From: Octopus sinensis
Taxonomy: Eukaryota
Length of the DNA stretch: 20,345 nucleotides
Direction: 5' to 3'
Assembly: GCF_006345805.1 (NCBI RefSeq)
Contig: NW_021824008.1
Coordinates: forward strand, 1 to 20,345
Positions within the stretch are counted from its first letter, which is position 1. Every line of letters starts with the position of its first letter. The position numbers were made by a program, and so were the translations under genes. Shown one piece after another: positions 1 through 9,832 of the stretch. The notes below the pieces were generated by a model. The model saw only the letters and a program-made list of their open reading frames with translations. It ran no database searches and had not been told where the DNA came from.

Positions 1-344
1 GTAGTAGAAAGACAACTAAAAACACAGATTTGTATACGTAAGATTCGATCTATCGATCGATAGCTCTCTTTATCTATCTCAGTGTATTATACTTGATCCG
101 TTCCTACATTTTGTGTGTGTTGAAATGGCCATTTCTCTGCGGCAAGATCTGAAGAAATATTTAGTGGAATAAATGGAGGAGAAAAATGAGTTGTTGGATT
201 AAGGTGATTGATCGAAAGACTGGTCAATGGTTTGATGAATAATTAAAGAGACGTTGGATAAGAGGAACCAATGAGGTGAGAGATAAGGTAGCCGTGGATC
301 AATGAACGGATAAGGTTGGAGAGATATAAGTAAGCTACTGGAAT

Positions 345-346
<2 letters not shown>

Positions 347-390
<44 letters not shown>

Positions 391-512
391 GGTGGACAGA
401 TAGAGAAGAAGGGAGAGAGACAGAGCGAGGAAAGGAAGGTGAAAGAGAGAGAGAGAGAGAGAGAGGGAGAAAGAAGGGAGAGAAGGAGGAGAAAGTGTAA
501 TAATGAGAGAGA
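347..512. repeat. (GA)n microsatellite / purine-rich tract
   Basis: Pure (GA)n at about 347-383 followed by degenerate GA/GGA repeats. Confidence 0.95.
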
Positions 513-845
513 CATACAAACCTAGAGTCTCAGACAAAATAGAGGGAAACGGACACAAAATCTAGACACACATATAAACACGCGTACGCACACGCGCACA
601 ATGTATATACACACATTCACATACACACAGATACACCCACTACACAAACACATGCGCCATTTTCACGATCATTTTTGAAAGAATAAAGCCAGCCTCTCGA
701 TGACCGTCGGTTATCTTTTAAATAAAACATTAATCAACATAGTCCAAGGTACACAGTGCTTGGAAATAAGTGAGGTAGGCATGGTTGAAACGCTTCCGAT
801 TGTAAGTCTTCTCGATTAGGATTGCATTGGCGTTAAACACAAGCG

Positions 846-906
846 CCTCCTCCAACATCACCACCATGACCACCACCAATAACAACAACAACTACTACTA
901 CTACTA

Positions 907-945
<39 letters not shown>

Positions 946-984
946 TTACTGCTGCTGCTACTGCTACTGCTGCTGCTACTACAA
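846..984. repeat. Compound trinucleotide microsatellite (CCA)->(ACA)->(CTA)->(CTG)
   Basis: Directly visible successive trinucleotide blocks. Confidence 0.95.
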
Positions 985-1037
985 CCGGATCATTGTAGAG
1001 ATTCTAACTTCAGGTTTAAGGTTCACCGCCAACAGCT

Positions 1038-1148
1038 GAGAGAGAGAGTGAGAGTGAAAGAGAGAGTGAGAGAGAGAGAGAGAGAGTGGTGAGAGAGAGA
1101 GAGAGAGAGAGAGGAGAGTGAGAGAGAGAGTGAGAGACAAACAGACAG
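1038..1148. repeat. (GA)n microsatellite
   Basis: Directly visible, interrupted by GT units. Confidence 0.95.
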
Positions 1149-1814
1149 TCAGAGTAGTCAGAACAAGAAATACAGCCACATGATATGCTGAAATAGAAGT
1201 GAAAATGGACCTGGAATTATTCTCTAGTGAAAGCTCTATTTGCTGATGTAGAAGTTTGGGTGGGCAAATGTGGAACGCTTTTCTTCCTAGATATGCTCAA
1301 TCAGAGCTGCTCTATGGTTAAATATAACCCGCGGTGTTCTGTCAGTGGATATTAGTAATAACTATGCCGTCACTAGACAAAGAAAAAAAAAAACAATAAA
1401 CAGCAACAGTGATTAAAATTTGAAGAATTTAATGCCGCAATTGCAAAGAAGAGTCTTCTGTCGGAATGGTAGCATTTTATTGACTCGATATTTCGCCTTT
1501 CATTTAGAGAAGTGCAAGACAGACAGAAGATATTTATAGAACTTAGCAACATTATCCTTAAAACAATATTCCAGTTTTCAGAAGAATGGTTTGAAGGTAG
1601 ACATTCTTGATACACAATGGGTTAAATGGGGGACAAAGTGAGAGGGAGAGAGAGAAAAATAACAGAGACCATAGAGAGAAAGAAAGGAAAGCAAAGAGAG
1701 AGAGAGAGGGAGGGTAGGAGATAAACAAACGTAAATATACAAAAAGATAGATCGGTGGCTAAATTTACAAACACACACATATACATATAAATGTATGTAT
1801 TTCGTTTGAAATAA

Positions 1815-1893
1815 GAAATAAGTGGAAATTTTACCGGTGAGTGTGTTAAATTATAAGGCACACAAAGAAAATGACTCTCCCCAGACACAACAG
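1815..1893 (+). repeat. Dispersed repeat fragment, copy A (homologous to 11979-12050)
   Basis: Shares gaaataagtggaaatt...ttataaggcac...agacacaacag with 11979-12050. Both copies end at a TA/TG microsatellite. Confidence 0.75.
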
Positions 1894-1952
1894 TGTATGT
1901 ATATATGTATGTGTGTGTATATATATGTACAAACATGTATGTATATATATAT

Positions 1953-2156
1953 AGTCGCCATGATAGATCGTTAGCCACTACACACATTTTTTTCTCTTCT
2001 TGTTTCTCTCCTTGTTTTTTCTGTGTCCCTTTCTGTAGAAGAGCGTAGGATCGAAGCGTAAAATACTTTTTCTATTCCTAAGCGTTATACTAATACATGT
2101 GTTTGTTTTGTATACCACCTGTCTTCGTCTTTTGTTTTTTTCGTAAACTCTCCCTT
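1953..2156 (+). mobile_element. Short non-autonomous element with HHR-like motif (Penelope-like terminus), copy 1
   Basis: Flanked by (TA)n and homologous to the reverse complement of 3014-3209 (shared cctttctgtagaag, taatac, cacctgtct, ttttcgtaaa). Contains CTGTAGA-A-GAGC-gtag-GATC-GAAG-C-GTA at 2033-2060. Confidence 0.6.
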
Positions 2157-3013
2157 TGTATAAATATATATATATGCACACACTCACAGACATATATACA
2201 CACATATATGTATATACACACGTGAGTGTGCATACGTGTGTGGAGGACGTTTGGGTGTGTGTGCGCGCGTATGTTGATAAAGATATGGTTTATCAATACT
2301 CTGAATTTTTTTCTGAATTAGTTGAACCGGACAGCATCTTCCAGTTTACCCAAAAAGCTAATTTAGATATATTAATGCGTTTGAGTGATTATCTTTAGGG
2401 GTCGGGGTGCATCTTTCTGTGTACCTTTTGTCCTGCATTGCTGGAGTTGCTTTGCAAATTCTAATGTGAAATAATTAATGATGTAAAGATATCGACAACT
2501 TTAGCAAAACAGAATATAAATGACGTACTCAGCAAGAAGTTGTGGTACAACAAGGGAACCAACCAATGAATAAGCGATAAATAAGCTACTTTTGAAGAAC
2601 TTCACACGAGGCATTACGATTAAACAACAGAAAAATGACTGCAACAGCTCTCAACTTGCTAAAGAGATATTGTGTAAGAACAATTCTTGTGAAAAATTAT
2701 CAGGTAAACAGAAGCTGAAAAAAAAAACCAAAACAACAACAAAAACTATTTAAAAATAAAAAAAAAAGTATACTAAAGATAAAATCGAACAATCAAAGTA
2801 TTGACAAATGAAACAGCGACACTCATAGACACTGCCTTAAATTTACACTTAAAAACAGCCATTGAAATCCATAACCTAGTGAAACGATGCGCCTGCTACA
2901 ATTTCTATGAAAACATAATGCCGAAAGAAGGCAAATCACATCTAAAGGTGACAATAAACAAACGCAAGTGAAAAAAAAGAGTGTTGTGTTATGTGTGTGT
3001 GTGTGTGTGTAAG

Positions 3014-3205
3014 GTTTAAACATTTACGAAAAAGTATCCAAAGCACAGAGACAGGTGAAATAACAACAAACAGGGAGTATTATTTTGAAGCTCGGGAAAA
3101 ATGGAAGACGTTTCGAGCCAATACCCTTCTACAGAAAGGAATGTGTTGAACAAACGAGAGAGAAAAAAAAGCAGGACTGATAAAAACGTGTCCGAATTAA
3201 CGGTG

Positions 3206-3209
<4 letters not shown>
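3014..3209 (-). mobile_element. Short non-autonomous element with HHR-like motif, copy 2
   Basis: Lies between (TG)n and (TA)n. Minus strand reads CTGTAGA-A-GGGT-attg-GCTC-GAAA-C-GTC (3134->3107). Homologous to 1953-2156. Confidence 0.6.

Positions 3210-3252
<43 letters not shown>
3210..3252. repeat. (TA)n microsatellite
   Basis: Pure AT dinucleotide run. Confidence 0.97.
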
Positions 3253-3254
<2 letters not shown>

Positions 3255-3377
3255 AATTGCAAATAACCCACCTCTATTTGCATATATCTCTGCAAACAAT
3301 AACTCTCTACCCGAATGAGTTACGGTGCCTGAAGAATGAATGTAATATGAAACATCATTAAATGCCATTAAATTAGA

Positions 3378-3422
3378 CATGGCCAAGGCTAATTCTGGCT
3401 GAAACATGTCTAAGTATCTAAG
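3378..3422 (+). mobile_element. Isolated LINE/SINE 3' tail stem-loop remnant
   Basis: catggccaaggct...ggctgaaac matches the 3' end of the CR1-type LINE (catgaccaaggccgcatggctgaaac, about 14368-14393). It is followed by a tandem-repeat tail. Confidence 0.5.

Positions 3423-3520
<98 letters not shown>
3423..3520. repeat. (TAGA)n tetranucleotide microsatellite
   Basis: About 24 perfect units. Confidence 0.97.
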
Positions 3521-3521
<1 letters not shown>

Positions 3522-4035
3522 GCAGACAGAGAATTAGCCGTGTTGATATATTAATGCTGATAGTTTAAAATATCATTTATTGAAACTAAACAAAGAATTT
3601 GTTCTCGTTGCACTTCAGAATGATTTGTTCTATGTCAGTTACAGCCAAGTAAAAACTGTTCTCCGTGATCCGGGACAGGGGTTAACTTGACAAATGTTAT
3701 TGACTTTAGCGAACAACCCAAACAGACGTGCTCCATTCCTGCTTTTATATTTCACTGAAATTATTCCGAAATTACGTCACGTTAATTATTTTTACTTCTC
3801 ATCATGTCTGCTCAGCTGTCAGATTGTTGATGACAGTAAGGGATTTATTGGTTTATTCAACTGCTTCTTCTTTCCCATTTCGGGGTTTGTTTTGTTTTAC
3901 AACAGATGTCTACACTTAAGTTAGACTCACTTCCAAGTACTTCAGTAGGAACATGTCATACTAACCTTCCGCCGACATATGCAAGTGTGCATAAATGTAT
4001 ATACGCACGCACACTCATACACATACATAGTATGT

Positions 4036-4037
4036 AT

Positions 4038-4068
<31 letters not shown>

Positions 4069-4099
4069 GTATATATGATATATAGATATATATATATTA

Positions 4100-4137
<38 letters not shown>

Positions 4138-4274
4138 ATATATAATATATACACACAAATATATATATATATATATATATATAATATAATTCGAGACAAA
4201 ACCACTATTTTAAAACCAAACAAGGAAAGACTTAATCAATACATAAAATTTTAATATAAATTAAATAAAATAAA

Positions 4275-4368
<94 letters not shown>

Positions 4369-4376
4369 GTATATAT
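4036..4376. repeat. (TA)n-rich low-complexity tracts with a short AT-rich insert (about 4190-4275)
   Basis: Directly visible. Confidence 0.9.
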
Positions 4377-4843
4377 GTCACGTCCTCGCGTTGTGTGTTT
4401 TTTTGTGTTTTCTTGTTTGGATTAACTTTATATATATATAGTTATGGTATATTCTGTTAAGAACATAGTAGAGTACAGTATAAAGCTCGTCCACGTTGAG
4501 ATTTCACCGTCTGCTATCCAGTCGTACTATTATTATACATACTAACAGGCTTGCGTCTGGGCAGCTGTGGTGTGTGAAAAGATAACTGAAAAAATTTGGA
4601 TTCAACAAGAAGGAGTACGATCGAACATTTATTTTTTAATCACTACAATTGTTTCCACGTAACAGAGTGCGAGTACTTGATTATACAACTATTTCCCTGC
4701 ATTATGAGATCTAGTTGTCTTTCATTTAAAACGAAAATAATTTTACATTAATCCCAAGGGTTACATATACCTATATAACCTTTTGTAGTATACAAAATAT
4801 GCATACTTTTTGTACAGCACAAGTTTATTAAAATTTTTGCAAG

Positions 4844-5041
4844 AATATTAATGACAGTGATTTCGAAGTATCGGCTAGCCAAGCCAACGTCGGACTGCAT
4901 CAGACTACTCCGCTCATTCCCATATACGTAAAGAAATTTTCACTTCAACAGAAACTATACTAAGCCAGCATTAACTTCAATGCATCGGAGTCTGACAACG
5001 GCTTGGATGGTTGAAACTTCGAAGTCGCTATCAATAATATT
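4844..5041. repeat. Inverted repeat (52-bp arms, 94-bp spacer); each arm a decayed HHR-like motif
   Basis: 4844-4895 aligns ungapped with the reverse complement of 4990-5041 at 39/52 identity by my count. Confidence 0.85.
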
Positions 5042-5155
5042 GGTGCTTAAGAAATATTTATTTATTTATTCATACAAACATACATACATACATATATACA
5101 TAACATATATATATATATATATAATATATATATTATATATATATTATATATATAT

Positions 5156-5277
5156 TGGCCTGCTCGCTTAGCCAGCGGGGTGGCGTCATTTAAAGGCTAA
5201 AACAATGTGAAGCGCATTGTGACCAGCGATGTGTAGCAACATCTGATAGCCTGGTCAGTCACGGTGATCACGGTGAT
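5156..5277 (+). mobile_element. Probable SINE 3' fragment
   Basis: GC-richer 120-bp island between (TA)n tracts, ending in a short tandem tail (cacggtgat x2). It resembles a common octopus repeat end as I recall it; no head is present. Confidence 0.45.
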
Positions 5278-6118
5278 ATATAATATATATAGAAAGAGAG
5301 AGGGAGAAAGATGTACATATACACATATATGTACATATACATACATATACACACGCATACATGCGTATATGTATATGTGTGTGTGATGTGTGTGGTGTTT
5401 GTGAGAGAATTATTGACTTGTCTTCTCTTCTTTCTTCCGTTGCAAACTCCGTTTCTGGGTACAAAAGGGTACTTGCATATAGAATTTTAGGAAGTATTTC
5501 TTAAACTCTTAATGCCAGGCACCATACTTTCCACGAATCCGTAATTGCATTGCTATTCAGAGAGACATGCTTCAATAATCAGCGAAATGTGTCTCATGCC
5601 TGGGGACATCCCTGGGGATAGTCTGATACGAGTTCAGAATACGTGGGCATCATATTAATATCTAACACATTAGTTTAGTAACTACAGCTAAGCAAATCTA
5701 CGAAGCTTTCCACTAAATAAATGCCTTGGCTGTTAAGCACTTATGTAGCTTCCACCACTCACACCTATTAATAAATTCTCGTTTAACGCACACTCGCAGT
5801 ATCTACATCAATCACCCGGTGGCTATATAATAAATTCGTTAAACTTGCAGCAGACGATCAGTACACTGCGTATTCAATTGTCGTCTGCCAGACACCGATT
5901 AAACTGCTTTGGTATCGTGCCTGTAATGTACGATGCCAGAGACACAGAAACCAGATGGCTTGTAAGTCGTTTTTGTAATACAGGTAGAGATAAAAGCGAC
6001 TGCAAGTTCTGCCTCAGCGATGTACTACGAAAATGGAGTCTGCTATCAATATAAATTGTCTCAAAGACTGTTTTTAAAGTAGCCGATTATTGTGTTCATC
6101 CTTTAATATTAGTTCTTG

Positions 6119-6422
6119 TTTGCTCCTTCTCGAGCTATGCCTGGCTCATAAGGGCCGGTCTCCCGGTTTCCTTGGCGTATAGGTTCCCCTCCTGGACGGG
6201 ACGCCGGTCTGTCGCAGGTGAGCTGCAACATGCAGGAGGAAAGAGTGGGAGAAAGTTGTGGCGAAAGAGTCTGCAGAAGTTCGCCATTACCTTCTGCCGG
6301 AGCTGCGTGGAGCTTAGGTGTTTTTCGCTCATAAACACACACATCCCCCGGTCTGAGATTCGAACCCGCGATCCCTCGACCGCAAGTCCGCTGCTCTAAC
6401 CACTAGACCATGTAACCTAAAG
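6119..6422 (-). mobile_element. tRNA-derived SINE with 13-bp target-site duplication (OR-type head)
   Basis: Minus strand has A-box tggtctagtgg and B-box ggttcgaatc. The direct repeat atattagttcttg flanks it at 6106-6118 and 6423-6435. The 5' half is homologous to 9030-9216. Confidence 0.9.
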
Positions 6423-6440
6423 ATATTAGTTCTTGACTAT

Positions 6441-6660
6441 AAGGTGCTGCCAGAATCGTTATGGCGCAAGAAAAAGATATGCTTAGCGGCATTTCTTTAG
6501 TCTTTACACTCTAAGTTCAAATTCTGCGGAGGTCGACTTTACCTTTCATTCTTTCGGGGTCTATAAAGTAAGTACCAGTTGAACACTGGTGTCAATGCAG
6601 TTGACTGACTCCTTGCTCTAAATTTTCTGGCCTTGTGTCAAAACTGAAAACCAAAATATT
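6441..6660 (+). mobile_element. Degenerate SINE (family of 15641-16038)
   Basis: B-box-like agttcaaattc and central domain ggtcgactttacctttcattctttcggggtctataaagtaagtaccag, shared with other copies in the window. Confidence 0.85.
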
Positions 6661-6667
6661 CTTGACG

Positions 6668-6865
6668 AAGGCGGCGGGCAAAATGTTTCATGCAGTTCGT
6701 TTGTTTTTATGTTCCGAGTTCAGATTCTAACCAGATCAATTTTGCCTTTCATCCTTTTGAGGGTCGATAAAATAAGTACCTGTTGAACACTTGGGTCGAT
6801 GTAATCGATTTACTCCCGGCCCGGAAATTGTTGGCTTTGTGCAAAGATTTGAAGCTAATATTATA
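6668..6865 (+). mobile_element. Degenerate SINE, tandem neighbour of the same family
   Basis: aaggcggcg head, gagttcagattc, and central domain gcctttcatccttttgagggtcgataaaataagtacc. Confidence 0.85.
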
Positions 6866-6954
6866 TTCTCGTTAGTTATGTATTAAACCGATATTGTAAA
6901 ACATATAAGAATAGATAACACAAAATTTAATATATAAAACTATCACACACATAG

Positions 6955-7062
6955 ATACATACATACATGCATAGATGCATAGATGCATATGTACATACAT
7001 GCATACATACATACATACATACATACATACATACATACATACATACATACATACGTACATAC
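6955..7062. repeat. (CATA)n microsatellite
   Basis: Directly visible. Confidence 0.95.
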
Positions 7063-7500
7063 AAGACACTCTAAAATGAAATCCGTCGAAAGGATAATCC
7101 CCAGAACAAAGAAATAGGAACCTACAGTATGGTAGAAGCCATAGCCACTCATAATAAAATGGAGTACTGGTGGAATGACCCAATGAAGACCTCAATAAAA
7201 TATAAGTACAACAGACCTGATATAATGATTTGGGATACAGAAGAGAAACTGTGTTCAGTTGTGGAAACCAAATGACCAGCGGATGTTGACGTAAAACTGA
7301 AGATCAGTGGAAAAGAGAAAAACCTATGCTGAACTATGGAGACATCTGCAGTTACTCTATCCCGATTACAATTTCAGGTTTATACCTGTAATTATTGGGG
7401 CCCTGGGATATGTAACACACTGCCTAAATACCAATCTTGAGAAATTGGGCTTCTCAGGACCAGAAAGGAGAAAGCTAATTCGAAGACCACTGACCCAATC
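7063..7500 (+). mobile_element. R4/Dong-type non-LTR retrotransposon fragment: restriction-like endonuclease domain (disrupted)
   Basis: Translates as EYWWNDPMKTSIKYKYNRPDIMIWDTEEKLCSVVETK*PAD...K[frameshift]TYAELWRHLQLLYPDYNFRFIPVIIGALG. The RPD...E...PD...K..Y..L...P-I-I-GALG pattern is typical of the PD-(D/E)xK endonuclease of R4-clade elements. Stops and a frameshift are present. Confidence 0.8.
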
Positions 7501-7584
7501 ATACATACATACATGCATACATACATACATACATACATACATACATACATACATACATACATACATACATACATACATACATAC
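7501..7584. repeat. (ATAC)n microsatellite
   Basis: Directly visible. Confidence 0.97.
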
Positions 7585-7815
7585 AGCTAGGACACTCTGT
7601 AATGAAATTTGTCGGATGAATAACCCTGAGGACAAAGAAATAAGAGCCCACAATATGGTAGAAGCCATAGCCAATCATAATAAAATACATGCAGACATGC
7701 AAACAAAAATATCCTGTTGTCGATGTTGAAATTCCAATGAAGGCACCTAGGATCTAGGTTAGAAACCAGTTCTTTCTCTATTGGCAAGAAATCTTGAAAT
7801 AATACTGAACAATGA
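7585..7815 (+). mobile_element. Second R4/Dong-type fragment (7585-7685) plus probable 3' UTR segment (about 7705-7815)
   Basis: ARTLCNEICRMNNPEDKEIRAHNMVEAIANHNK duplicates the start of 7063-7160 (RTL*NEIRRKDNPQNKEIGTYSMVEAIATHNK). The downstream segment runs into (CATA)n; its assignment as a UTR is inference. Confidence 0.65.
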
Positions 7816-7850
7816 CATCCATCCCTACATACATACATACATACATACAT

Positions 7851-8400
7851 TATTATGGCTGCCCCCTCGTTATCGAGTATGGCCATTGCACGAAGCTTAA
7901 CTGTTACTGGTGCTGTGATCGAATGTGACTTTTTAGCCCAGCTAAAGATCTACAATGTCTTGTACAAAATTGGCACCTAAAACTTTACTGGTAATAGCCG
8001 GCTGTAGTTGTAACTGGGCTTCATGTACCTTTGCATGTCGTTTAAATCCTCCTGCCGAATTACACTCTTTTCCACATGCCCGACAGATATGATTAGTTTG
8101 GTGTGTTACACCACCACCAGTGGCCAGGTTGTCACTCATCTGTCTCGTTTTATGACTACGAAGATGACTCATGAGTCCAGCTTTACTGAGGCAGGGTCTT
8201 GCACAGAGATTGCATGTCAGAATCAAAGGAAGACCCTTCCCTTCTGGAAGTGTAACAGCGATACCCTTCCTGACATCCCTCCTTACTTTCTCATGTGCAA
8301 CTCGAGATTTCTCAAAAGTGGCTGTCCCCTCATGCACAGTCCTTCTCCACCTGCTACGATCAATAGCTATGCCTTCCCATGTGTCAGGAGAGATGCAACC
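7851..8400 (-). mobile_element. RTE-like LINE 3' end with three C2H2 zinc fingers (5'-truncated, frameshifted)
   Basis: WEGIAIDRSRWRRTVHEGTATFE matches the RTE C-terminal motif. It is followed by CNLCARPCLSKAGLMSHLRSH, CRACGKECNSAGGFKRHAKVH and, in a shifted frame, CQFCTRHCRSLAGLKSHIRSQHQ* (stop at 7906-7904). A short 3' UTR follows, and the fragment is flanked by (ATAC)n. Confidence 0.8.
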
Positions 8401-8506
8401 ATACATATACATACATACATACATACATACATACATACATACATACATTACATAGTTTCATGCAAGTATATATACATATACTTTTTTACGCTTTGGAATA
8501 ATGGTG

Positions 8507-8718
8507 CTCGAATCATATCAACTATAGCTATAAAGATTAGCTATGTAAATATTGGGCTGACAACCCGTTTGGATAGGAAAAGCAGAGGCTGCGTTTCATG
8601 TCTACAACGGATATGAGTTCGAGCCCCATGAGCAGACTTCAACTTTTTTCATCCAAATGGGGTTTCCAATCCAATATTTACATGCTATTCTCTATAGCTG
8701 TATGTGATGTGCTTCGAG
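8507..8718. repeat. Long imperfect inverted repeat (fold-back / MITE-like)
   Basis: 8507-8600 aligns with the reverse complement of 8627-8718 at roughly three-quarters identity, including a perfect atgtaaatattgg/ccaatatttacat. The spacer is 26 nt. Confidence 0.88.
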
Positions 8719-8809
8719 AAACTTTATTCCCGAAAATAATTATTTCACGTTCTCTCGAAAGTTTATAAAGGTTTCTAATGACGTCAACAATATATTTTAT
8801 ATTTTATTT

Positions 8810-9216
8810 GTTGTTGCTGTTTGTTTGTTTGTTTGTTTGTTGAGCGAAGCGGTCTTCGTCCCAGAGCTCGCAAGATCGCGCCTCGGGAGAAGTCCGAAGC
8901 GTGGTCCTTTGCTATTCGTAAGACCCACAGAAGAGAAAGCAGGTCAACCCCCGACACCGAGAGCATCGACGGATGTATGAATGCGCATCCAGGCTCAGCG
9001 GTTGCGTAGGAAGTCGGGGACAAGAAACAGGGAGAAAGGCTGAGAGAAAGTTGGAGCGAAAGAGTACAACAGAGGTCGCCACCACCCACTGCCGGAGCCT
9101 CGTGAAGCTTTAGGTGTTTTCGCTCAATGAACACACACAACGCCCGGTCTGGGAATCGAAACAACGATCCTCCGACCGCGAGTCCGCTGCCCTAACCACT
9201 GGGCCATTGCGCCTCC
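8810..9216 (-). mobile_element. Full-length tRNA-derived SINE with (AAAC)n tail (OR-type head)
   Basis: Minus strand starts ggaggcgcaatggcccagtggttagggcagcggactcgcggtc (A-box), has B-box-like gtttcgattcc, and ends in (aaac)n. Confidence 0.9.
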
Positions 9217-9493
9217 ACTGTTGTTGCTGCTGTTGATGTTGATGATAGTGATAATACTGTGGTCGTGATTAACCTCAAAGTAAAGCCTGATGAAGCAGAC
9301 CAATGATCCAGAGCAATCCAACCAGAGCTCTACCTTTTCTTCCCTATATGCCGGAAATCCGGAACTGCATCATTCAACGTGTTTCTTTTGCTTTAAGCGG
9401 GACTGAGTTGCTATTTCTACCAGATCTAGCAACCATGTAGGCGCTACTTCGTTGGCTCATGTAATATTTATATAAAACATGGTATATCAAGAT

Positions 9494-9759
9494 ATGTATG
9501 TATGTATGCATGTATGTATGTATGTATGTATGTATGTATGTATGTATGTATGTATATGTGCATATATGTGTGTGCGCATGTGTATATGTATGTCTGTAGA
9601 TGAGTGTGTATTTACGTATACCTGCGTGTGTATATATTTGTATATATATATATATATATGCATTTATGTATGCATGTATGTAAGTATGAGTTTATGTATT
9701 TAAGTAAGCGTTATGTGTGTGTGTGTACGTCTGTGTACGTGTGTGTGTGTGTGTGTGTA

Positions 9760-9812
<53 letters not shown>

Positions 9813-9832
9813 TGTGTGTGTGTGTGTTTGCT
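9494..9832. repeat. Compound (TATG)n/(TA)n/(TG)n microsatellite field
   Basis: Directly visible. Confidence 0.95.

Noticed and set aside
3324-3366. CTGAAGA...GAAAC hammerhead-like string
   Set aside because: There is no valid stem III or NUH site and stem I is weak. At most it is the 5' half of a truncated element followed by a LINE tail.
6955-8447. Repeat-spacer-repeat layout resembling a CRISPR array
   Set aside because: The repeats are variable-length tetranucleotide microsatellites, the spacers are retroelement fragments, the context is eukaryotic, and there are no cas genes.
8023-8616. 197-aa plus-strand ORF
   Set aside because: It is the antisense shadow of the RTE zinc-finger remnant extended through (ATAC)n.
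9287-9293. CTGATGA core motif
   Set aside because: There is no stem II-GAAA-stem III continuation. It lies in an old degenerate repeat (about 9262-9458, loosely similar to 1150-1330 on the minus strand).
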